This document shows, piece by piece, positions 18,858 through 28,169 of a DNA stretch of 57,992 bases (within the stretch, counting starts at the first letter, position 1; each line of letters opens with the position of its first letter). The stretch is from a virus. A program made the translations under genes and the position numbers. Below the pieces are notes generated by a model. That model was not told where the DNA came from. It was given only the letters and a program-made list of their open reading frames with translations, and did not search any database. The DNA is taken from the IMG/VR virus record IMGVR_UViG_3300033141_003442. One strand, given 5' to 3'.

Positions 18858-20774
18858 ATGAGAAAAAAGAAAGAAATAGATGTTATTTTAGAACGATATG
18901 AAGAAACAAAGTCTGCCTATAAGGATTTTTGGAAAAAGGCTGAAGAAAGCTACGGCTTTGTTTATGGCAACAAATATCAATGGTATGTAGATGGAAGCGA
19001 CAAATACTATAAAGATTTAAAAGATGCAGAGCGCCCTACTTTATCTATAAATAGAATACAGGCCAAATTAAATCTCCTTGATGGTTATTTTCTTACTACC
19101 AGATATGATATTAAATTCCGTCCACAACAAAAGAAAGACCAAGAAATAGTTGATATAGCTAATCAATTATATAAATTAGTTTGGTATCAAATAAAAGGCG
19201 ATGCGATTGAAGGAGAAGTTTTTTATAATGGCATAATTTCAGGAGAGCATTATTTTTATATTTATCCTGATTATTCTAAAGATATTATTCGTGGTGATGT
19301 AGGTCTTTGTGCTTGTTCTCCATGGGAGATAATGTTTGACCCACGAGCAAAACGATATGATAAAACAGATGCTGAATATGTCTTTAGGTCTGTATGGCTT
19401 CCCATAGAAACAATTAAACGAAGATGGCCTCAAAAAGCCAGACAAATAGATAAATTAGTTAAAGTTTTAACTATTATCTCTACTGAAGGATTTGAAGCTC
19501 TTAAACAAAGCGTTCATATTACACATCCTTACGATAGATGGAGAGATGCTTTATCACGGCCTTATAATATTAAAGCAAATGAAGGAAGAATAGATGAGTA
19601 TTGGTATAAAACTTGGGAAAAAGTTGAAATTATTGTTGATGCTATTACAAAAAAAGTCATTGATGAAAGTGAAATAGACAAAGAAACCTTGGAAATTAGG
19701 AAAAAAGCTGGAGATATAGAAGTTTTAACCAGATATATTCCTAAAGTAAGAGTTAAATATTTGTTTGGAGATATAGAGCTTAGTGATGAACCTTCTCCTT
19801 GGACAAAAGGAGAATTAGCAAAGAATTTCCCTTTTGTTCCTTTTACAATATATAAAATATATTTACCTACAGAAAAGAAATATTTAATCTGGGGTGCTGT
19901 AGAAGTTCTTAAAGATGTTCAAAGAGAGATAAATAAAAGGCATAGTTATCTTGTAGAGGCTATGCTTAATGCTCCTTATAGTGTTTTAATATATGAAGAC
20001 CAAACTTTTACTCCTGAAAGTGAAGAAGCTTTAAGCAAAAAAGGTTTCCGCCCAGGTATGTCTTTAAAAACTTATCCAGGGAAAATAAATAGTTATAAAA
20101 TTGAAAACACTGTGCAATTCCCTGTAGGTTTATTGGAATTAGAAAATTTAGCTCTTAAAGACGCTGATATAGTTTCTCCTATTATTCCGCCTTCTGGTAA
20201 AGTTAAATCTGGTTCTGCAATGCTTCAAGAAGAAAGAATTATGCTTACAGATAAAGCAAGAATATTTAATAATTTCAAAGATACAAAAATACTTTTAGCT
20301 AGATATTTATTTAATGCTATTCAGCAAACTTATGATTATGAGAAAACTTTTAAGGCTGTTGACAGCGATGAAGAATATACTATAAATCAAGTAGTTTTTG
20401 CTACCAAAACAGAGCCTCATCCACTTACTGGTTCTCCTGTTGAAACTGTTGTTAGAGATAAATTTGGCAGGCCTGTAATAGAAAAAATAGTAAATGATAT
20501 TACAAATGAAGCTCTTGATTTTGATATTATTGCTACTGAAGTTAATGCTTCACCAAGTTATAGATTAGCAGTAGCCAATGATTTATTAAAAATAATTCAG
20601 ACAACGCCAAATCCGATTTTTATTAAAATGTTGTTTGAATATCTAGATTTACCTTCCCATATTAAAAAAGAATTAGAGCAACAAATGAATGCTCAAACGC
20701 AGCAAGCATTACAACAACAAAATTTGCCACAAAATATAAGACAGTTACAAACCCCATTCAAGCAAGGAGGATAA
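18858..20774 (+). CDS. Probable portal protein
   Basis: 638 aa, size and position next to terL; general resemblance to portal proteins; not verified by search. Confidence 0.5.
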   Translation: MRKKKEIDVILERYEETKSAYKDFWKKAEESYGFVYGNKYQWYVDGSDKYYKDLKDAERPTLSINRIQAKLNLLDGYFLTTRYDIKFRPQQKKDQEIVDIANQLYKLVWYQIKGDAIEGEVFYNGIISGEHYFYIYPDYSKDIIRGDVGLCACSPWEIMFDPRAKRYDKTDAEYVFRSVWLPIETIKRRWPQKARQIDKLVKVLTIISTEGFEALKQSVHITHPYDRWRDALSRPYNIKANEGRIDEYWYKTWEKVEIIVDAITKKVIDESEIDKETLEIRKKAGDIEVLTRYIPKVRVKYLFGDIELSDEPSPWTKGELAKNFPFVPFTIYKIYLPTEKKYLIWGAVEVLKDVQREINKRHSYLVEAMLNAPYSVLIYEDQTFTPESEEALSKKGFRPGMSLKTYPGKINSYKIENTVQFPVGLLELENLALKDADIVSPIIPPSGKVKSGSAMLQEERIMLTDKARIFNNFKDTKILLARYLFNAIQQTYDYEKTFKAVDSDEEYTINQVVFATKTEPHPLTGSPVETVVRDKFGRPVIEKIVNDITNEALDFDIIATEVNASPSYRLAVANDLLKIIQTTPNPIFIKMLFEYLDLPSHIKKELEQQMNAQTQQALQQQNLPQNIRQLQTPFKQGG

Positions 20775-20777
20775 GGC

Positions 20778-21752
20778 ATGGGTGAAGAAGAAACCAAAGA
20801 AACAATAGAAAACCCTGAGGAAACTTTATCTCCAGAAGGAACTGAAGAAACTACAAAGCCACAAGTATCTTCTGAAGAAACTGAAAAAGAACCTGAAACA
20901 CCGCCAGAGAAAAAAGATAAAGAATATAATTTTAAAGTTTTAAGAAATGAATTAGAAAAACAGAAGAAGTTAGTTGATTATTATGCTAATCTAGCAAAAC
21001 AAACACAAACTCAGCCAGTTCAACCACCTTATGATATTCCTAAGCAACCATTTCCACAGAATATTCCACAAACTCCTCTTATTCCTACACCAACAATGCC
21101 TACTTCTTTTAGTCCTGTGCCACCTAATGTTACTCCAACTTCGCCTACTTTATCTAAAGATATAACTGAGTTTAGCCCTGAAGAAGAAACACAAATAGCT
21201 GAAGCAGATGATCCTGCTGCTAAAGCAAAAGAAATTTTACAAAATAAAATTCGTGCTTATACTGATTATATTTATCAAGCACAAGCCCTACAGCAACCAC
21301 AAATCTCTCCAACAGATATTGCTCGTTTAATAGATGAAAAGGTAAATGAAAAATTAGAAATGGATAGAGTGCAAAGAGGATTAGAAGAAGTAAGCCAAAA
21401 CCCAGAATTTATTGAACTTGTTAAGAAACATGTAGAACCTACTAAAGATAGATTAGCATCTTTCTGGAATAGTTTTTATGTATTTGGAGAAAATGCAGGT
21501 AAGGTTTTGTATGAAGTTTTAAAGGCTTTAGATAAAAGTGAGCCAGAGGTAGCTAAGGAAGCTTTTAAAGCTGGGCAAAAACAAATTGTTGAAAAGTTAC
21601 AGCAAAGAGCAACAGCTCCAACTCCACCTATGGGTAGAGTATCTACAAAAACAGAATATACAGCAGAAGATTTAGAAAATATGTCTGTTGATGAGATAAT
21701 GAATGTTCCACCTGAAATAATAGAGAAATGGAGAAAAGGAGAATTGGATTAA
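20778..21752 (+). CDS. Hypothetical protein, acidic N-terminus and Pro/Gln-rich (scaffold-like?)
   Basis: 324 aa directly after the putative portal; low-complexity P/Q/T-rich region. Confidence 0.3.
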   Translation: MGEEETKETIENPEETLSPEGTEETTKPQVSSEETEKEPETPPEKKDKEYNFKVLRNELEKQKKLVDYYANLAKQTQTQPVQPPYDIPKQPFPQNIPQTPLIPTPTMPTSFSPVPPNVTPTSPTLSKDITEFSPEEETQIAEADDPAAKAKEILQNKIRAYTDYIYQAQALQQPQISPTDIARLIDEKVNEKLEMDRVQRGLEEVSQNPEFIELVKKHVEPTKDRLASFWNSFYVFGENAGKVLYEVLKALDKSEPEVAKEAFKAGQKQIVEKLQQRATAPTPPMGRVSTKTEYTAEDLENMSVDEIMNVPPEIIEKWRKGELD

Positions 21753-22183
21753 TCTTTTTTTGCTAAGTTTTTAAGTTGTTTTAATTTTCTCATAAGTTGT
21801 ATTTCTTTTTTTCTTTCTAACTGTATCATTTTATACATTTCCTGTTTGCTTAAACGGGCTTTTTCTTTTTCTTGTTCTATTTCTTTCACTCTCTTTTTCA
21901 CATCCATCTTAGCCAATTCCATTAATTCTAATACTTTTAAAAGAGGATTACCAAATTCTTTTGGATACAGCCAACATAATCTACTAACTCCTGTTACTTG
22001 TTCTAGCTTTTTTGCTAATTCTAAAGAAGGTCTTGTATCCTGATGAGCCCATCTACATAAAGAGCCAAATGAGGCCCCAGTTGCCTGAGACAACTTCTTT
22101 AAAATTTCATAATATTGCTTTCTTAGTTTGCGGTATCGTCTTTTTGGTTTTTCTATTGGTTCGTCAAACCACTTATTCTTCAT
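21749..22183 (-). CDS. HTH DNA-binding protein with coiled-coil, basic C-terminus
   Basis: Predicted HTH (SLELAKKLEQVTGVSRLCW); last gene of the minus-strand block; its stop overlaps the stop of the convergent plus gene. Confidence 0.5.
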   Translation of the reverse strand: MKNKWFDEPIEKPKRRYRKLRKQYYEILKKLSQATGASFGSLCRWAHQDTRPSLELAKKLEQVTGVSRLCWLYPKEFGNPLLKVLELMELAKMDVKKRVKEIEQEKEKARLSKQEMYKMIQLERKKEIQLMRKLKQLKNLAKKD

Positions 22184-22322
22184 TAGCAGTGCAACAGATT
22201 ATATATACTTGCCCATCAATAGTGCACATTCCTGATGGGAATGTCCCAATAGGACATATTTCACCTGCTGGCACTATAATACAAAAATAAAGAGCAAATA
22301 AAAGTGCAAGTATTCTTTTCAT
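22173..22322 (-). CDS. Small Cys-rich protein with signal peptide (49 aa, below ORF-track cutoff); possible lysis accessory
   Basis: Strong SD AGGAGG 6 nt before ATG; MKRILALLFALYFCIIVPAG hydrophobic N-terminus; next to the amidase. Confidence 0.5.
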   Translation of the reverse strand: MKRILALLFALYFCIIVPAGEICPIGTFPSGMCTIDGQVYIICCTANEE

Positions 22323-22337
22323 TTTTAACCTCCTAAT

Positions 22338-22565
22338 TTAATATTCTACTTCTTCTTTTTCCATCCAAATTCTAAATTTCCAACCACATTCGCTACAATT
22401 GAAGTTAATTGCATTGTCAGAAATATTTTTTTTATTTGGGCAAGAAAATATTATTTTAAGTTCTTCTCCTTCTGGCCAATGCCCAAATGTATATATTTTA
22501 CCACAATTTGGACACTGCCAAATAAGTTTACAAAGTTTTTCTTTCATTTTTTTCTCCTTATTCAA
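22338..22565 (-). CDS. Small Zn-ribbon protein
   Basis: CxxC pairs (CPNCGK, CSECG). Confidence 0.5.
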   Translation of the reverse strand: MNKEKKMKEKLCKLIWQCPNCGKIYTFGHWPEGEELKIIFSCPNKKNISDNAINFNCSECGWKFRIWMEKEEVEY

Positions 22566-23094
22566 TATTTAACAAATATCTTTTAATCCCATTATTAATT
22601 AAAAATGCTGCTTTTATTTGGGCATCGGAAGAATGTAATGGGAGAAGGGGATTATCTATAAAACCTACTTCAATTAAAACAGCAGGCATTTTGGTTTTCC
22701 TTAATACATAAAAATTTCCTTCTTTAATTCCTCTGAACTTGCCTGGGACAATCTCATCAATAAATGTAGCAATATTATCTGCTAGTTTAGCACTTTTAAT
22801 TGAACCAGGATAAATCCAGATTTCCTCTCCCTTAGCATTATGTTTAGGAGAAGCATTAACATGAATACTAACAAAGGCATCTGCTTTTACACTATTTGCA
22901 ATAAAAACCCTATCTCGCAATGGCACATATATATCAGCCGTTCTGGTATAAATACAGTTTACCATATTGGATAAAAAACCACCCAAATATAATGCAATAG
23001 GCAAAACTATATCTTTTTCTTTGTATCCTGCATAAACAGCCCCTGGGTCTTTACCTCCATGCCCTGGGTCAATTACTATGGTGTATTTTTTCAT
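22558..23094 (-). CDS. N-acetylmuramoyl-L-alanine amidase (Amidase_3-type endolysin)
   Basis: N-terminal IVIDPGHGGKDPGA and downstream Zn-ligand pattern typical of Amidase_3 / CwlV-like enzymes. Confidence 0.8.
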   Translation of the reverse strand: MKKYTIVIDPGHGGKDPGAVYAGYKEKDIVLPIALYLGGFLSNMVNCIYTRTADIYVPLRDRVFIANSVKADAFVSIHVNASPKHNAKGEEIWIYPGSIKSAKLADNIATFIDEIVPGKFRGIKEGNFYVLRKTKMPAVLIEVGFIDNPLLPLHSSDAQIKAAFLINNGIKRYLLNIE

Positions 23095-23282
23095 ATCTTT
23101 TCTACCTCACTTAACAACAAATAAAACTTCCCTCTATTTGGCACTTCAACCCTTACTTGTTTAGGCTCGTCATTGCATATATGCACTACAGTGGCCTCCT
23201 CTCCACATATATTAAGCTCCTTAGTGTAAAAATTAGGTAAAATCCTTACTTTATCACCTATTTTAAAGCTGGTTTGACTCAT
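23091..23282 (-). CDS. Hypothetical protein (start moved to ATG 23282)
   Basis: ORF track 23091..23345, but the first 21 codons overlap the neighbouring gene in another frame; the in-frame ATG at 23282 has an SD-like GGAGA..AAAGG. Confidence 0.4.
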   Translation of the reverse strand: MSQTSFKIGDKVRILPNFYTKELNICGEEATVVHICNDEPKQVRVEVPNRGKFYLLLSEVEKI

Positions 23283-23466
23283 TACCTTTCTCCATCTCCA
23301 ATTCAGGAATATAATTAGAACAATACTCAATAAAAGGCCCTCCATTTTTTGTCCCAGCTGAACAATTTTGACTAAAAAGATTATTCCAATATTTACATTT
23401 TGTATTAATACAGGGGGTTTCAGCAGATTTTGCTCTTTCCACTAATTCCATCTTTTTACCTTTCAT
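23263..23466 (-). CDS. Small Cys-rich hypothetical protein
   Basis: 67-aa ORF with several Cys (CINTKCKYW, CSAG, YCSNY). Confidence 0.4.
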   Translation of the reverse strand: MKGKKMELVERAKSAETPCINTKCKYWNNLFSQNCSAGTKNGGPFIEYCSNYIPELEMEKGNESNQL

Positions 23467-23995
23467 TACTTATTTCCTCCATCTCCAAAATTTTATCTGC
23501 AATTATCTTAGCAGTTTCTTTTGGCTTATTTTCAATAATATACACTTCCTCATAAGGCAATGTAAACCGCACTAACACTTTCCTAACTGCCTCGGTTACT
23601 TCAGCGTCCTCTCTTTCCTTAGACCTCATAAAGAAAGTATATAAATTAACTCCATGAAAATCCAATAAATGAATTGTATTTAATGGCAACTTGGCTAATA
23701 AACGGTAAGCACACATATCAACTATGCTTCTGTCTGCTACAATTATCTTGTCTCTATGAACCAAATAGCTACTAATAGTGCAAAAATCTAATGCATTTTC
23801 AAAGTAATTGTAAGCTGGACGGTTAGTAAAAATCTTTTCTTTCCAAGTATCCCTTATTCCCATTTGCACCAATATCCAATGAGCAAACTCACCTACAAAG
23901 GCAAACTTTTCAGGTGGCAATAGCTTTTCAAGATAGACAAATGTCATTGTCTTGCCAATACCGTGACTTCCGCTTAATGCGTAAACTTTAATCAT
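23456..23995 (-). CDS. P-loop kinase, deoxynucleoside/nucleotide kinase-like
   Basis: Walker A SGSHGIGKT; DRS-type motif (IVADRSIVD) as in dNK-family kinases. Confidence 0.5.
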   Translation of the reverse strand: MIKVYALSGSHGIGKTMTFVYLEKLLPPEKFAFVGEFAHWILVQMGIRDTWKEKIFTNRPAYNYFENALDFCTISSYLVHRDKIIVADRSIVDMCAYRLLAKLPLNTIHLLDFHGVNLYTFFMRSKEREDAEVTEAVRKVLVRFTLPYEEVYIIENKPKETAKIIADKILEMEEISNER

Positions 23996-24007
23996 AATTT
24001 AGCTCCT

Positions 24008-24232
24008 TTACCATTTAAAAGCATTCTCTATTATTCTTACCCGTGTTACCAATCTAGGATAATCTTCCTTAAACAACTCCAGTGCTTCTTGGCTCATTAA
24101 AAATCGGTTAAATCTCTCCACATCCTCCAATTCAATAGAGCTACGCACAAGAGAAATAATTGAATCTACCTGCAATGCAATGCGTAACCAATAGTCTATG
24201 TCTGGTTTTAATTGAGTTACTTTGTTTGGCAT
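24008..24232 (-). CDS. Hypothetical protein (74 aa)
   Basis: ORF in co-directional minus-strand block. Confidence 0.4.
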   Translation of the reverse strand: MPNKVTQLKPDIDYWLRIALQVDSIISLVRSSIELEDVERFNRFLMSQEALELFKEDYPRLVTRVRIIENAFKW

Positions 24233-24235
24233 AGT

Positions 24236-24493
24236 TTACTCCTTTTTAAATAAATTTCTTACCGAATTTGATATAAATAGTTTTTTACACTCTTCTTCAG
24301 CTTTCGTGTAAAATTTAGCTACCAATTCTATTTTCTCTAATTCTCTTTCATGCTCAAATCCATAATCTTTTATATCTAAGAAATCCCGATAAGTTTGATA
24401 AGCATCATCCAAATTATCAGATATTACATATACAGTCTTATATTGACTACCAAACCCTTTAACTGTTACTTTAAAAAGACAAAGTGTATTCAT
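24236..24493 (-). CDS. Hypothetical protein (85 aa)
   Basis: ORF in co-directional block. Confidence 0.4.
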   Translation of the reverse strand: MNTLCLFKVTVKGFGSQYKTVYVISDNLDDAYQTYRDFLDIKDYGFEHERELEKIELVAKFYTKAEEECKKLFISNSVRNLFKKE

Positions 24494-24809
24494 TTATTTC
24501 CTCCTTTTTTAAATATTCTAATGTAAACAATTTTGCACAATCAGGGCATAAAATCATAACTGGCATATCCAAGGAAAATAAATCACCCTCTTCAAATGCT
24601 TGATCAAATTCTTCTTCAGTTAATTCCCATGTTACGTAAAAACATTGTTCGATAGGATACCAAAGCCGTCTAGGATGTAAAATATGGTCATTATCACAAC
24701 GTAACTTTTTAGGCAATTTACCTTCCTTATATTCTTTCGTTTCTGTTACTGGTTTGGGTTTGCTCCACCTACCACGCCTTGGACCGCAAATGAAGCCTTT
24801 AATCTCCAT
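24471..24809 (-). CDS. Zn-ribbon-containing hypothetical protein
   Basis: CGPRRG ... CPDC cysteine pairs. Confidence 0.4.
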   Translation of the reverse strand: MEIKGFICGPRRGRWSKPKPVTETKEYKEGKLPKKLRCDNDHILHPRRLWYPIEQCFYVTWELTEEEFDQAFEEGDLFSLDMPVMILCPDCAKLFTLEYLKKEEINEYTLSF

Positions 24810-25353
24810 TTACTTTTCCTCCTTTAACTTTCCATTTTCCCTCTTTTCTATCATAATAATATCCCTGTTTTTTTAGATAAATTGCCAAATTAATAGAATG
24901 AACTTTACAAACTTTACTGAATTTTGCCATGCTTCCAAATTGTTTCAAAACTGCTTCTATTCCGCCATATTTTTCAAATGCTTCGCTAGCTAAACCATGT
25001 GGAGCGTTATTATATATTGGCGGTTTGATTTTAATACCCATTTTTTTAAGTCCTTCCTGTATTGTATGATAATCAAATCCCCATAATTTCCCCATTTCTA
25101 TCGTGCCTTTTTCTTTGTATTGCTTCCTTAATTCTTCCCTTACCTTTTCTGCATCACACTCATAATGATAAAATGCGTTCCAAAGAAAAGATCCTCTGGA
25201 ATATCCAGATAAAGCACAAGCAAGGGCATCTTTGACTTTTTTAGCAAGAGTAGGATTAAGCTTGTCAGCCCACTTAAATAATTCCTTGCCTTCTTGATTT
25301 GAGATATTTAGTTTAAGTTGTTTCCACATTTTTTCTCCTCTCCCAATCTTCAT
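24799..25353 (-). CDS. Hypothetical protein (184 aa)
   Basis: ORF in co-directional block. Confidence 0.45.
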   Translation of the reverse strand: MKIGRGEKMWKQLKLNISNQEGKELFKWADKLNPTLAKKVKDALACALSGYSRGSFLWNAFYHYECDAEKVREELRKQYKEKGTIEMGKLWGFDYHTIQEGLKKMGIKIKPPIYNNAPHGLASEAFEKYGGIEAVLKQFGSMAKFSKVCKVHSINLAIYLKKQGYYYDRKEGKWKVKGGKVNGD

Positions 25354-25561
25354 TTACAAGCAACTGCAACATTTTAACGGTTCTTGAATTTTTAAACTTT
25401 ACAGGCTTTTTCCTTCTACTAGCATACCTTATATACTGGTTTAACCAACATCCAACACAATACCTTCCCTTTGGAATAGCTGGCTTTCCACAGAGGATAC
25501 ATCTACCCTCTTCCATCATTTTCCTCTGCCATTTTAACTGTCTTGATATAATTTCTTTCAT
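25313..25561 (-). CDS. Zn-ribbon protein; N-terminus paralogous to the adjacent 25564..25755 gene
   Basis: CILCGK...CVGCW; N-terminus MKEIISRQLKW resembles MKEIISSQIKW of the neighbouring ORF. Confidence 0.45.
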   Translation of the reverse strand: MKEIISRQLKWQRKMMEEGRCILCGKPAIPKGRYCVGCWLNQYIRYASRRKKPVKFKNSRTVKMLQLLVNEDWERRKNVETT

Positions 25562-25563
25562 AA

Positions 25564-25755
25564 TTACCTCCTATAATATTCTCTCTTAGCAAGTTCAATC
25601 ACTAATTGGGTAAATTTCTTTTCAAAATTCTCAATAAAATTCTTTATTTCAAACATATCTTTTTTAAGCTCTTCAAGCTCTTTTTTTATTTCTTCTTTAG
25701 ATTCTTGCTCTATCTTCTTCGGCCATTTAATTTGGCTTGAGATAATTTCCTTCAT
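25564..25755 (-). CDS. Small coiled-coil protein; N-terminus paralogous to 25313..25561
   Basis: Shared N-terminal motif MKEIIS-Q-KW. Confidence 0.4.
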   Translation of the reverse strand: MKEIISSQIKWPKKIEQESKEEIKKELEELKKDMFEIKNFIENFEKKFTQLVIELAKREYYRR

Positions 25756-25777
25756 GATTGTCCTCCATTTAATTTAT

Positions 25778-26083
25778 TTACCATTTCATCCAACTCTCTA
25801 TTACTAACTGGATTCTTCTCAATACTGCCTTTCTACAATCATTCCAACCATCTTTGTATGCACGAAGTTCGTTTTCAGGAATTTTCCAATCTTTTTTCAT
25901 TTCTTTAAGATGTGCTTCAGGGGGCAGGAAGTCAAAAAAACAGCAATGTGCATAAACATTCATTATTTCTCTTACAAATGCTTCCCAACTAAAATTTCTA
26001 CTCCAAATTTTTCTTAATTCTTCTTCAAAATCCATTGATGTCTTTACTACAATAATCTTTCCTTCATTAACTTCTTGTCCCAT
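25778..26083 (-). CDS. Hypothetical protein (101 aa)
   Basis: ORF with SD. Confidence 0.45.
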   Translation of the reverse strand: MGQEVNEGKIIVVKTSMDFEEELRKIWSRNFSWEAFVREIMNVYAHCCFFDFLPPEAHLKEMKKDWKIPENELRAYKDGWNDCRKAVLRRIQLVIESWMKW

Positions 26084-26159
26084 TTTTTCCTCCTAGGCTC
26101 AAGACAAATAGTTATCTTTTTTCCTTAATAATATCCCAATCTCGCTTATACTCATCATA

Positions 26160-26423
26160 CTAAGCAAATATGAGGGTTGAGATATCATCAATTTTCTTAT
26201 ATCTCTTTTGTAAATACTTCTGTATTTTTTCAAATACAAACGGATAAAATAATCTTTCTTTGTCTTTATTCGTTAATTTTCTAAATTCTTTTTTGGAATA
26301 AGTTGAATTAATGATTATTATTCTTTTATGAGTTCTAACAGTATCATAAATAAATGATGGATTTTGTAAGTAATTTTTTTGACCAGCAACTCTAACTTTT
26401 ATTCCGAAAGTAATTCGCATCAT
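26160..26423 (-). CDS. Hypothetical protein (87 aa)
   Basis: ORF in co-directional block. Confidence 0.35.
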   Translation of the reverse strand: MMRITFGIKVRVAGQKNYLQNPSFIYDTVRTHKRIIIINSTYSKKEFRKLTNKDKERLFYPFVFEKIQKYLQKRYKKIDDISTLIFA

Positions 26424-27057
26424 GGCCTCCTATAATCATTAATAATTTAATTACCAATAACTCAATATACCTATCCCACTCTTTCTTTCTTCTAAGATGG
26501 TGATAACAAACTGTGCATAAACCTGCACTATGGTGTTTTCTCAATCTTTTACAATGGGTGCAAATTATCTTATTACCTCTTGTTACCTCTCTTATTCCAT
26601 ATCTTATTTTTTTATCCCGCTTGAGATATCCATAACAATGGACGCACATCCCTTTGCTTTTATGAATACGCAGTTGCCCACATCTCTTACAGATAATAAA
26701 ACGGATATGCCTTCTTCTGGGGTCATTAAAAAGAATTTCTTTGAAGTAATACTGAGGCTCGCCTAATAATATGGCAAAAAGGTATGTATCATCCTCAATT
26801 ATTTTGGGTATTAATGCTAATTTATCATCAAAAGTCATTTTCTTAATCTTAGCAACCATTTTTTCTATCAGCTTCATTTTGTTATTTTTTCTGGTGTTCA
26901 TTCCAACAAATTTAATCCTCGTCCATAACTCCATAATTTCTCCACTAACTCTTTTCTCTAATATCCAATCTAGTTGTCTCTCCGTAAAACATGCCTTTGC
27001 CGTGCTTAAATCAATAGGTGCATCAAGTTGTATTGATGGCTGTGGGCAAATCATCAC
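26392..27057 (-). CDS. Multi-Zn-ribbon protein
   Basis: Repeated CxxC...CxxC units (CKRCGQ...CVHCYGY; CTHCKR...CTVCYHH). Confidence 0.5.
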   Translation of the reverse strand: MMICPQPSIQLDAPIDLSTAKACFTERQLDWILEKRVSGEIMELWTRIKFVGMNTRKNNKMKLIEKMVAKIKKMTFDDKLALIPKIIEDDTYLFAILLGEPQYYFKEILFNDPRRRHIRFIICKRCGQLRIHKSKGMCVHCYGYLKRDKKIRYGIREVTRGNKIICTHCKRLRKHHSAGLCTVCYHHLRRKKEWDRYIELLVIKLLMIIGGHDANYFRNKS

Positions 27058-27441
27058 TCACCAGATATATTTACCTGCTATATCTACCAAAGCAAGAAAC
27101 ACATCATCCTTCACCTTTTCTCTTGGGTCTAATTTTTCATAGGGAACAAGGTCTGGATGTATTTTCCTATCTGGGTCATAAACTTTGCCATACTTCCATC
27201 CCATTTCCTTATACTTTCTCATCCAAGAGTCATGAGCAGTTTTGGGGTCAGAAAATGCCCGTTTCCCTGTAATTAAATCATCAACAAGCTCAATAAATTG
27301 TGATTTAAACTCACCTTCTCGTTCATTCCAAGGTTTAGGGATTACTGGGCAATTAAGCATCCTTGCATGTAGTCTTGCTCCTTCATAAACAAAGATTGCC
27401 CTACGAATTGCCTTACTCATTTCTAATGCATCTTTTTTCAT
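27058..27441 (-). CDS. RyR-domain (ryanodine-receptor-like domain) protein
   Basis: Motif AHDSWMRKYKEMGWKYGKVYDPDRKIHPDLVPYEKL fits the RyR-domain pattern known from phage proteins. Confidence 0.45.
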   Translation of the reverse strand: MKKDALEMSKAIRRAIFVYEGARLHARMLNCPVIPKPWNEREGEFKSQFIELVDDLITGKRAFSDPKTAHDSWMRKYKEMGWKYGKVYDPDRKIHPDLVPYEKLDPREKVKDDVFLALVDIAGKYIW

Positions 27442-27489
27442 TTGTTCCTCCTTATACTCGTTGTCTTAATTGCTTAACTTTTCTTGCAT

Positions 27490-27750
27490 TCATTTTTTGT
27501 CCTCTCCAATTTTGTATTTTGGCTCAGTAATTTCCAACCCTCTTTCAAGGCTAACTTCTATCCATGCCCTCTTTGCTTCTTGCAATCTTTTTAGAGCTTC
27601 TTCTCTAGTCTTGCCCTCAGCTCCACAACCAGGTAATTCAGGTATTTCTGCACCAAAATATTTCTCGCCATTGTATTCAGTGTATTTGAATATTCTGATA
27701 GTATAAGGCAAATTTAAATAATATTTTAAATCTTTCTTTAAAACTCCCAT
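27490..27750 (-). CDS. HicB-like (UPF0150 family) protein, orphan antitoxin-type domain
   Basis: YTEYNGEKYFGAEIPELPGCGAEGKTREEALKRLQEAKRAWIE matches the HicB/UPF0150 signature; no HicA partner seen. Confidence 0.6.
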   Translation of the reverse strand: MGVLKKDLKYYLNLPYTIRIFKYTEYNGEKYFGAEIPELPGCGAEGKTREEALKRLQEAKRAWIEVSLERGLEITEPKYKIGEDKK

Positions 27751-28169
27751 ACCACATATTCTCCTTTATAAAACTTCCTTCTAATTATTTTTCCAATCAA
27801 ATGTAAACTATCACATCCCAGCATAAAAATATCCACATGCCCATCTTCTCTTTTAACCCATATTTGCACCATGTCCTCTTTGCCCCAAGGCACTGTTTGC
27901 AAGGCTTTCTTTTTTTCTCCTAGACCTGTATGTAGTGTAGCTTGTATCCATAAAGTAGGCTTATTCTCTTTTTTAGCAATTAAATCCACACAACCAAATA
28001 CATCGTTTCGTTGGCTAATATAGATTTGTTTCTTTTTACCAAACTTATCTTTTGTAACAATCATCCGTCCCACAGGTTTCTGGTTATGAATAATCCACCC
28101 TAATTCCTCAAGCCATTTTTTAATCCAGTCTTGAAAGGCTAGTCCTTTTTTTCTGCGAGTGTCTTTCAT
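27738..28169 (-). CDS. Hypothetical protein (143 aa); possible nuclease-like fold, unassigned
   Basis: Start-overlap coupled to the HicB-like gene. Confidence 0.45.
   Translation of the reverse strand: MKDTRRKKGLAFQDWIKKWLEELGWIIHNQKPVGRMIVTKDKFGKKKQIYISQRNDVFGCVDLIAKKENKPTLWIQATLHTGLGEKKKALQTVPWGKEDMVQIWVKREDGHVDIFMLGCDSLHLIGKIIRRKFYKGEYVVWEF

Noticed and set aside
23283-23345. N-terminal transmembrane segment (MEGLLLSIVLIIFLNW) suggesting a holin next to the amidase
   Set aside because: These codons overlap the 3' end of gene 23263..23466 in another frame; an in-frame ATG with an SD at 23282 gives a 63-aa soluble protein instead.
27442-28169. HicA toxin partner for the HicB-like gene
   Set aside because: No 50-80-aa ORF with a HicA-like motif flanks 27490..27750; the upstream 143-aa gene does not resemble HicA.
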